Of a stretch of DNA of 64,000 nt, positions 1 through 10,100 are shown piece by piece. Below the pieces are notes generated by a model. That model saw nothing but the letters and a program-made list of their open reading frames with translations. It searched no databases and was not told the origin of the DNA. The DNA lies in contig LSRY02000014.1 in NCBI GenBank assembly GCA_001643675.2, positions 434,001 to 498,000 on the forward strand, read 5' to 3'. The position numbers and the translations under genes are program-made. This DNA comes from Monocercomonoides exilis PA203 (taxonomy: Eukaryota > Protista > Preaxostyla). Each line of letters begins with the position of its first letter. Position 1 is the first letter of the stretch.

Positions 1-2
1 AA

Positions 3-2246
3 AAATCCCTGAGCACCCCAAAAGCGCCATCAACTGTTTCGTTCAGCACTCCCTCCAACTCCTCCAATCCATTCGGCAGTCTGAATTTCCCGTCTCCTCC
101 GCCAAACGCCTCACAATCATCCAATTTCCTCGTCTCCAACCCATTCGACTCTCTTTCCAAAGCCTCGCCATTCCAGTTTGGTGCTTCTGCTAAGCCAGCT
201 GTTGCTCCAAATACGTCCACATCTTCTGTCTTTCCTTCTCCCTTTGCGAATAAAAACGATGCTTCGTCGATCTTTTCAGCAGGCGCGAATTCTTCTGCTT
301 CTGTTTTCAATACAACCGCTGGAGCTAATTTGTCTGCCTCCATTGAAGAACTGAAGATGAGAGAGAAAGAAAAGGAAAAACAGAAAGAAGAAGAAGAGAA
401 AGCACAAAGAGAGAAAGAAGAGAAGGAAAGGAAAGAGAAAGAGGAGGAAGAGAAGAGGAGGAAAGAAGCTGAAGAAAAGAAGAAAGCTGAAGAAGAAGCT
501 GAAAGGAGAAGAATAGAAGAAGAATCGAAGAAGAAAGAGGAAGAAGAGCGAAGAAGAATTGAAGAAGAAGAAAAGAAAAGAAAAATGGAGGAAGAAGAGA
601 GAAAGAGAAAAGAAGTAGAAGAAGAAGCGAAAAGAAAAGAAGCAGAAGAAAAGAAAAGGAAAGAAGAAGAAGCAGCAGCAAAAAGAGCAGAGGAAGAAAG
701 GAAGAAGAAAGAAGAAGAAGAAAAGAAAGCAAAAGCAGCATCCAATCAAGGACTGCTGCCAACTCCATCAGCAGGAACAGCCAGCAATCCATTTTCAATG
801 CTATCAAACTCGTCTAATCCATTCATGACTCTTTCGACTCTCCAACAGCCTCAGCCATCGAATCAGACACAAAAGACAGAAGGAAATGCTGCTCAGCCTG
901 CACAGAATGCTCTTACTGGAGCAGCCCCTGCTGCTTCATCTGCAACTACAAGTGCTTCTTCTGCTCCTGCTCCTGCTCATTCTCCTTCTTCTACATCTTC
1001 TTCTACTTCTGCACCTTCTTTGGGTGCAAAAACAGCAGCACCAACAACAGCTGCGCCACCTGCTCCTTTCCCACCAATGCCTACACAAAACACAAAACCT
1101 GCTGAAAACAAGCAAAATGCTAATCCTTTCGGAACGCCAAGCTTCCTTTCGCCTTCGACTGTTAATCCTCCGCCCTCAAACATCTTTGGATCACTCTCAA
1201 CCACTCAGCCTTCAGCTCCGTCCTCGTCTGCCCCTGCAAACAGCACTAATCCTCCTCCTCCTGCTGCTGCTGCTTCTGCCCCAGCTGCTCCTGCTGCAGG
1301 TCCATTTGCTGCTCTGTCTTCTGATCCTTTCGGGATCCGCTCGCAGCCTTCTGCCGGAACAAGCACCATGCAAAACATCTTTGCATCAGCAATGAACACA
1401 AACACTGCAGCCGGAACAGCCGCAAAGCCTATGGCTGATTTGAGGCCTGGTGCAACAACAGCAGTTTCAGCAGCAGCGCCTCAAGCTACTGGAACATCAT
1501 CACTGTTCAGCAGCAGCATATCAGCACACCCGACTTCTGCTGCATCTGCCCAGCCTTCTGCAATGCAGCTGGGCGGAATGGCTGCAGCCACAGGCGCATC
1601 TTTCAACCCTTCCTCGATCTTCTCTGCATCGGGCGTGAAGCCTGCCACCTCCAGCATCTTTGCCCCTCAGACAACAGCTCCTGCTGCTCAGCCGTCTGCT
1701 GCTGGCACAAACATATTTGGCGGGTTCGGTTCCAGCTCTTCAACCTCCGCCCCCACTTCATTCGCATCCGTTGCCCAGTCAGCCAACCCGCAGCAGTCGA
1801 TTTTCTCTTCTGTGATGTCCAGCATCCCTTCACAGCCTAATGCTGCTCCTTCAGCAGCAGCACCCAACACCTCATCCATCTTCGGAACATCAATGGCCCC
1901 ACCAGCCGCACCTGCTTCGTCAACAGCATTTGGCGCCATTTCGTCTGCTTTCGGGCAAAGTGCAGCAGGATCCAATCCATTCTCTTCTCCATTTTCGAGC
2001 AATGCACAGGCTGCCCCGGGTGCAGGAGGTGCTTTTGGATTCCCTTCAGCAGTTGGTGCTGCAGCACCGTCTGCGCCAATGCCCGGTGGATTTAACTTTG
2101 GCAGTGCTGCTCCTGGTGCCAATGGTGCGATCAACTCTGGCATGTCAATATTTGGGCGTCCTGCTTCAGGCTCAAGTGGGCTGTTTGCTTCGGGCATTGG
2201 CCGAGGTGTCGCAGGAAACCCAGCATTTACTGCGATGAGAAAGTGA
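3..2246 (+). CDS. NUP214: 3' part of an FG-repeat nucleoporin, Nup214/Nup159-like (5' end lies before the window)
   Basis: The frame of ORF 330..2246 stays open back to position 3 (KSLSTPKAPSTVSFSTPSNSSNPFGSLNF...). It has an E/K/R-rich helical block (~355-735) followed by a Ser/Ala/Pro-rich region with FG-type motifs (NIFG, SIFG, AFG, FNFG, NPF). The C-terminus NPAFTAMRK resembles the ...FTQMRK end of plant Nup214. Confidence 0.65.
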   Translation, partial: KSLSTPKAPSTVSFSTPSNSSNPFGSLNFPSPPPNASQSSNFLVSNPFDSLSKASPFQFGASAKPAVAPNTSTSSVFPSPFANKNDASSIFSAGANSSASVFNTTAGANLSASIEELKMREKEKEKQKEEEEKAQREKEEKERKEKEEEEKRRKEAEEKKKAEEEAERRRIEEESKKKEEEERRRIEEEEKKRKMEEEERKRKEVEEEAKRKEAEEKKRKEEEAAAKRAEEERKKKEEEEKKAKAASNQGLLPTPSAGTASNPFSMLSNSSNPFMTLSTLQQPQPSNQTQKTEGNAAQPAQNALTGAAPAASSATTSASSAPAPAHSPSSTSSSTSAPSLGAKTAAPTTAAPPAPFPPMPTQNTKPAENKQNANPFGTPSFLSPSTVNPPPSNIFGSLSTTQPSAPSSSAPANSTNPPPPAAAASAPAAPAAGPFAALSSDPFGIRSQPSAGTSTMQNIFASAMNTNTAAGTAAKPMADLRPGATTAVSAAAPQATGTSSLFSSSISAHPTSAASAQPSAMQLGGMAAATGASFNPSSIFSASGVKPATSSIFAPQTTAPAAQPSAAGTNIFGGFGSSSSTSAPTSFASVAQSANPQQSIFSSVMSSIPSQPNAAPSAAAPNTSSIFGTSMAPPAAPASSTAFGAISSAFGQSAAGSNPFSSPFSSNAQAAPGAGGAFGFPSAVGAAAPSAPMPGGFNFGSAAPGANGAINSGMSIFGRPASGSSGLFASGIGRGVAGNPAFTAMRK

Positions 2247-3181
2247 GCTGTTCCTTATTTAATTGAATGATATCAGTTTATTTATTTATTGTGTTTTTCA
2301 TTTTTCATTTCAAAAAAAAAAAAAAAATAAGGAAAAGATTTATTCCTTCATTTTTTTAACAAGAAATATCAAATATAATTGAAATATTGATTCCTTTTTT
2401 TTTTTTTTATTTTAGCTTCTCTTACAAAAGCTCAATTTTTGATGAAAATTAATTTTGATGATTCTGTGAATGAATTATTCATTTTAAATCATAATCATCA
2501 TTATTATTTTCCACAAACGAATTCAATCATAATGAAAATTGATGGGTATAAAAAAAGTGAAAATGTTTTTGGATTGAAACAATATTATGTTTTGAAAAGA
2601 ATATTTTCTGGTTTATTTTTCGATTCAAGAAATAAAGAAGATGTGGCACATTGAAGAGATATGGGACGATATTTTTTGATTTATGAATTTTGTTCCACAC
2701 AGAATTTTCGAACAAATCTCTCAATATTTTTTTTTCCAAGTGTATTTGCATAATAATGTTTGACTTGTTATGACATGAAAGTGGAAAAAGTTTGGAACAA
2801 ATTGTTCTTTTTTTCATAAAAGCAAGAATTTTATCCCATTTAATGGATGAATATTTCTGTTCAAATTATTCTTGACGATCATTGAATCCATAACAAATAA
2901 ATACAAGTTATTTTTCATTGTTTATCTTTGTAATCCTTAGTTGAAAAATGTCAACAAAAGAAAATACAGCTTGAGTGCCTATTCTTTTATTTCTTTTTTG
3001 AGTTTTTTTTATATTTCATTTGTCACTTCTATCCAAACAAATGCGAATTCAATGTGAATTGTTAAAATTGTGTTATTTGATGGATGTAATGCATTTACAA
3101 AAATGCAGACAACGAGTGTTACTGAAGGGTTCACTGATGTGCATTCATTGTTGCATTTGAATCATGTTGATCACGTTTCTT

Positions 3182-3960
3182 TTTATTTCAGAGTTATTTT
3201 CTGAATAAGAGCATTTCAATGAGGATGAACAAAAAGCAAAATTCGAAAAGATGAATGAAATGATTAATGAAATGGATAAAGAAGAATTGAATTTCGTTAT
3301 AACAAAAGAACTGTACAATAAAATCGATAAAATGATTGAAGAAAAGAAAACATCTTGAGAAAACATGATATAGTTGTTGAAGAGCATGGGATATTATGGT
3401 AAATCGAAGGATTTGGAAAGTAATTATTCATCTTTTCCTTCTCTGGGAAATAGATTTGAAAATATGATTTTTAAAGAAGAGAAGAAGAAAGAAGAAAAGA
3501 ACGAAAATCTTCTTGTTGATATTTGTGAATGCTATCTTCTGTTTATCCATTTTCATGAACTCTTTCAATGTGAATAATATCCAACTATCTCGCCTTGTCT
3601 TTAAAAAGTTGATTTGAGCAAAACGGAAAACGGAGAAGCACAAAAAGAAGTGGAATTGGTATTATTGGCTTTGAGCAATGTAAACGAGAAATATGAATGA
3701 AAATTTATGATTCTTTTTTCATGTCATTGATTCACAATTATAGTTTTTTCAAAAGCAAATTGAAAACGTTCATTATTTGAGTGATATCAAAAAGATAATC
3801 CAACATCATTAGACACATCGAAATTTGACACAACTTGCATATCAATCGGCTTGGGAGTTTCTAATTCAACGAATAACAAATTCTAATAGAGTTTGATTTA
3901 TAATCAATTAATGATCAATAATTGTGATTTCGAATTGGATGCGCGAAATAATATTTATTA
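3182..3960 (+). pseudogene. Decayed copy of a lineage-expanded hypothetical alpha-helical protein family (Monocercomonoides-type)
   Basis: Manual translation gives FISELFSE*EHFNEDEQKAKFEKMNEMINEMDKEELNFVITKELYNKIDKMIEEKKTS*ENMI*LLKSMGY...EEKKKEEKNENLLVDICECYLL...PCL*KVDLSKTENGEAQKEVELVLLALSNV...LFLSDIKKIIQHH*THRNLTQLAYQSAWEFLI. These match motifs I recall for a highly repeated oxymonad family. There are several stops and frame breaks. The 3' end is approximate. Confidence 0.75.
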
Positions 3961-4199
3961 AAGAATGTTTTTGCAAAACGAATCCTTTGGATTGTGGAGG
4001 AAAAGATTCCCTTTGGTATAAACTTGAATTCTTTTTTTATTCATAGATGTCAAACAACCTTATGTTTCAACATGTTTTTGAATCTGTGAAAACATAATTA
4101 TGATAATACTCATAGAAAAAAGAGATCCCATATTTATATTAAAAAGGAGATTCTAAGTTATTTGAGTTTCATTTTTATTTTTCGGACGCTTCAATATAA

Positions 4200-7100
4200 A
4201 TGGTAAGAAGCTTCACCAATGTGAAAATTTCATTCAATTTTATTTCATTGTTGTTGCTAGTTGTTTACAGCAGCAATGGCAGAGACATTGCAGAAAGGCA
4301 AATTCAACAAATATGTGATGAGGAGATACAAAAAGGAGTGTTCGGTGCTTCAAATGGAAATGAAAGGGGCAAAGGAAAATTTGGTATCGAAATGGTCAAT
4401 GCCAATTATGCACCTGGCAATTGTATCTGCTATATCCAAACAAGTCTAAATGTAATCAATGCCTCCTTGTGCGAAAGCTATCTCAATATCATCCCTCACA
4501 CTGGTTTCCCACTCCTCATTGCCCAACGCCACTCAGCTGCCTTTATCTTCTCCTCCACTTTCCAAGTCAACCCAGCAACAAAATTTCCACTTTTCTTCTC
4601 TGCCCATGCCTCCCTCGTCCTCACAAACCTCTCCCTCATCATCCACCAACCTGCCATCTTCTCCTTCTCCCTCTTCTCCACCCCAAATAATCTCCTCCCA
4701 GATGCCCACTCCCCAATCCCAGCCTCCTTCTCCATCTCTCACTCCTCCTTCTCCTCGTTCGTCTCACTCGCACAGCCTTTCCTTTTTTCTCCTTCTTCCC
4801 TCTCTTCCCCTTCCCCTCTCCACAACTATCATCAATTCCATCTCCACCACCAAATCCTCCTCAATCTCCATCTCTCAGATACACTCTTTTCCAACATCTC
4901 CTCACCCAAATACCATCCATCTCTTCCATCCCATCTCTTACACTCACAAAATCCATTCACTACTACCACAACTGCAACCACAAACGCCAACATCAAAATC
5001 AATACAATCCCCTCTTTATCTCTTCGCTCAGCCCTCTCCATCTACTCATCCGTCTTCATTCACACTCACAATCCCATCGATGGTGCCATCCTTCCAAACC
5101 TCAACAGCCCATTCACTTCTCTCTCTGCTTTCAACACCTCTTTCCTTCATCAAACACGCTCTTCTGAAAATGCTGCAGAGGTTCATATTGGAACTGAAAC
5201 TCAAAGAAAAGCACCTGGAAGATTGGATTTTTTTGATGCAAACAGCCATCGCTTTGAATGGTGTGAATGGGAAAATTCAAATAGTGGAGGTAGTAATGGT
5301 GGAGCGCTTTTGGTTTCTTGCAAAACTGCAAATCTATCAATAAGTTCTTGCTTATTTATAAATTGTTCAAATACTGATCATGGTGGAGCCGTATGTTGTG
5401 GAAGTTTGAAAGATGTTGGCATATTAAAATCAAATTTCACAAGTTGTTCAGCTGATCATGGAGGAGCTGTTTATGTTGGATATCCTGAACCACATTCTGT
5501 TTGGATATTCTCGGGTAACAGAGTTGAATATTGTTCAATTATAAATTGGTGTGGAACAGGTTGGTATTTTTTCATGGGAAGCTTTCCACAAAATGGTGAG
5601 TTTTTGTTTTCAAAATGCAAGTGCATTGCAAATACTGGCGGAGATTCAGCTGGAGCTGTGACTTTTCATAATCCTCCAGAAAGTGAACCAAGTCAGTTTT
5701 CAATAAAAGAGTGCCAGTTTATTGGCAATACATTGACTGCATCATCAATTTATGGTGGAGCTGGTATGTATTTTCATTTGTTAAATGAGTGGATAAATGG
5801 AACAAATATCATCATATTCTGTTTCTTCGATGGAAACTCTGCGACAAATGGAAGGGGGAATGATATATTTTTCAGCATTAGTAATATTACTCAATCCCCA
5901 TTCCAACAATGTGGTTCAACAACCGAAGTTAAAAGAGTCTGGAATCAGGGAACAGCTGATAACTCCGAATACAACAGCTGGCTTCCAATCATCAACCAGA
6001 ACAAAATCGTTGCAAATTTCGGAACTGATGCTGATGCTTGTGGCAAAACGCAGCAAAGCCCATGTGCCACTGTGGAGTATGCTCTCGGATGGATTGCTCC
6101 TTTCAGCGATGCCTCCCTCTCTCTTCTTGTCTCCACTTTCACTCCCACAGAGACTCTCACATTTCGTGCCCCAAATACAAAAATTACAGGAAATGGAATT
6201 GCTTCCACCATCATCGCCTCCAGTGGTATTCCCCAACCACAAAATTCACATTCACACTCATCACAATCATCACAATCAACATCATCATTTTCATTATTTT
6301 CATCTTCTTCTTCACCAGATCCATCTGCCTCTTCTGCCCTCTTCCAACAAATACAGGGCTCCCTCACAGTCTCTGCCCTCACCATCGCCCACAACTCCAC
6401 AAATCAAATCACCCCCATCCTCTTCCACCTCTCCGATAACTCCCCTTCCCTCAACCTAAACACAACCACCATCACAGGAACAACATCCATAACAATAAAA
6501 ACTCCCCTCTTCTTCCTCACTGCTGGCTCCCTCGCCCTCAACCACACATCAATCACCCAACTCGCCCTCAACAGCCAAAGCATCTTCCACCTCACCTCCC
6601 TCACAGCTCCCTTCACTCTCAACTCCTCCAGCATCACCGATATCACCTCCACTGCCTCCCCCGCCAGCTGTGTCCTCTCCTCTGCCACCTCCCCTGCCCT
6701 CTCCCTCTCCCTCGCCAACTGCACCATCACCAACATCAACTCAGCTCCACAACACCAACAAACTTCCACCAATGGCGGATGCATCTCATTCGCCTCATCT
6801 GCCTCTGCCAACACATTTTCTGTGAGCGACACAACCTTCTCCAGCTGCTCTGTGAGCGAGGATACAAGTTCTGGAGGAAGAGGCGGTGCTCTCATGATCG
6901 AGTTCAACCATGGCTCACAAGTGTCAGAATCCTCCTTTTCCATCACCAATATCGTGTTTTCAGCCAACAAGGCCAGTGTCGGAAGAGAAATGTATTTTGT
7001 GTGTAATTCACTTGTTGCTTCTGTGAAAGAGCCCTTGTTCGCCTTCATGGGAAACATCACTCAGAAAGATAACTCAATTGTTGGGCATGACAAAACAGAG

Positions 7101-10100
7101 GCTTTTGGAGATTGGAACGTTGACTTGTTCATATTTTTTGATGGATTCTTTGATGATACAATATATGTTGATGGAACATCTGGAGTGGAGAAGGAATATT
7201 GTGGGTTGGAGAAAGCGCCTTGTTTGAGTGTGAATTATGGAATGGAACATTTGAAGAAAACTCAGAACACAAAACAGGAGATTGTTGTGTGTGAAAAATC
7301 GAATATTGCTGGGTGTGTGGATGTTGGTGGAATGCATGTGAAAGCCAAGGCAGAGACAATTGTGGAGATAGAATGCCAAAGGGAAGTGAGTGGATCTGAA
7401 GCGTGTGTTCTTAAATCATTATCACTCACAGAATTGGAGTTCATTGGGATTGTTGTCCCCTCGAGCTTTAACAGAACAATCACATCAGTGATTGAATCGA
7501 GCACTCAAAATGGCGAGTTGCACATGAAGAACTGTGAGATGAGTGTTGTTGGAGGAAAGGAAAACACGATTGGATTATTCTTGATCAAATCGACAGGGAA
7601 GATAGTTGAACTGGACTCTGTCACGATTTCAGATGTGAAATCGTCAGTTTCGTTATTTTCATTTTCTCTTTCCTCAGCAAATATGAATGAACAGGAATAC
7701 AAAGTGAAGCTATTGAATTGCACAATGGAAGGATTTGTAATTGATAGCGGAGAAGCAGTTGAAGGAAAGGCAGCAGTTTTTGGAGGGAGTTTGGGAGTTG
7801 GAATGATGATAAATGGAAGTACAATTGACGGAGCATTGTCAAAGAAGAGCAAAGAAGGAGGAGCATTAAAAATTGAATTAAATGAAGGAGGATATGTGAC
7901 AATTCAAAAGAGCTCGTTTGTTGGATGCGTTTGTGAGAATGAGAACAACAGAGGAAAGGGGGGAGGGATATATATGGATTGTCAAAGCTGTTTGAATGAA
8001 AGGCCATTTCTTTTTGAAAGCGTCACTTTTGAGAGCAACAATGCAGCCTTTGGAAAGAATGTGTTCATTTTAGGAAAGGATTTTAATTCTTCTGTGACAA
8101 ATGAGTCATTCAAGTTTGATTATTCCTCAATGAAGGATGATAAAACTCTGTTTGTTGGGAATGATGATTTTCATCAAGAAAAGGATTTATTCATGTTCCT
8201 CATTCCATACAAATCATTTGAGATATTTATATCATCAGAAGGATTTGATGTTGCACGTTGCGGAAGTGAGGAAGAGCCATGCTTCACAATGTGGAAAGGG
8301 ATGGAAAACATGAAAGAGGGAGATGAAATGAAAACAATTCTGATTGAAGGATCAACAATTATTCAAGATTCATTCAATGTATCCAATTATCAGATCAAAA
8401 AGAGTGTGAAGATGGGAGAAGAAGATATAAAAGCGATATTGAATTTTGAAAAGGCAACTGATAGTCAGCTAGAATATTTCATGGAAAATGATATTCATCT
8501 TGAATTGTCCAACATCCAACTGCAACTGGCATCTGGATTTGACAATTCAGCCAAAACGATAATTTCCAACAAAAATAGAGAATTGGTGATAATTGGATGT
8601 TCATTCCATTCAGAAGCTGGAGCGAGCAATGGATTTGATTGTGTATTTGTGGATGTGATTGGAGGCAGTGTGGAAGTGAATGATTTGTCGATGGAATCAT
8701 CCAATTCTGGAAACAGCATTTTTGTCATTCACAATGCTGGAATTGTTTGTCATTTTGTGAATGTTCGAGTGGAATCGTTGAATGAGAGTGGAGGATGCAT
8801 ATTATCAATCAAGAAATCTGAATCAGGATTGAAGATAAATGAAGGAGGTGAAGACTGTGCAAATATCGAGATTGATAATTCATCATTTTCAGGAGTGAAG
8901 AGAAGTGGCAATGGAGCAAGCATTTTGGAATCAACAAGTGGGAAAAAGATTTGTTTGATTGTGAATGAGAGCAACATCACAGAAGACAAATCAGAAGATA
9001 GTGAAAAAGGAGGGGCAATATTCTTCACATTGTGTGTGTCTGGTTCGATGAAGATGATTGATTCAACAATCAGCCATTGTAGCTGCAGTGAAAGCACAGG
9101 AAAAGGAGGAGGGGTGTATTTGGCAACAAAGGAAAGAGGAGAATTGAATTTCACATTTGTGGTGATGAAGTTCAGTGACAACGGGGCAAGTGTTGGAAAA
9201 GATATTTTCATTGAATGCTTCAACATCACATCGCAGATCAATGAAAGCCAATTTCAGTTTGATCTTCGAGAAGGCCATTATTCACGAATAAATGCAATAT
9301 ATGGAAGAGATGAATGTGATTATCCAAGCGATACAGATCTGATTGGATTTGTAACTATTCATCAGAGTGATACAATTGTTGTGAGCAGTGTGGATGGATC
9401 GAATGAGAGGCAATGTGGAACAAACACACTTCCATGTTATTCAATTGATTATGGATTAATGCATCTGACTTCAGATTTCATAAGTCTGATGTTCATTGTT
9501 GAAGAAAGTGTGATTGGTGGAGAGATGAATCTGAAGGAAATGAGTCTGAGTTCGAAGAGCAGAGGCTTGTGTGAAGTTGAAGTGAAATCAAATATTGGAA
9601 AAACAAGAGAGACATTGATGGGAACAATCGGAACAGTCTCATTGGCGAGAGTGAATTTTGTGTTTGATTCGAATTTCATCTCTTCTCATGAATCACTGAT
9701 ATCACCAGAAGGAGGGATTCTTGAAATAATAAATTGCTCTTTTTCATCAAAACAATCTGCTGGAGAAGGAAATATAGAATTAGCATACATTCCACTTTAC
9801 ATCATCAATACGGCAGAGGGAGAATTACAACTTGATGGATGCACAATATCAAATCTCGTACTTCATGAAGCAGTTTTATATCTCTCGTCAGCTCTTCCAT
9901 CAACAATTGATTCATTAATGATTTGCAATTCAACAGTTTCTCATTCGCTTGTTGAAATTATTGAATGTGGACAATTAAATATGGAAAAGTTTCATTTAGA
10001 AAATATCACAGTTGAAGGAAATGAAGAATCATTGATATCTTGCTTGTCAATGAAAAAGACGATGCAATTGACAAATTGCACAATAGGCGATGTCAGCTCA

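Noticed and set aside
276-807. Phe/Leu-rich 'membrane protein' ORFs here and at 14564-15778, 21119-21586, 23334-24131 and 25082-25706
   Set aside because: They are shadow frames of GAA/TCT-rich low-complexity coding sequence.
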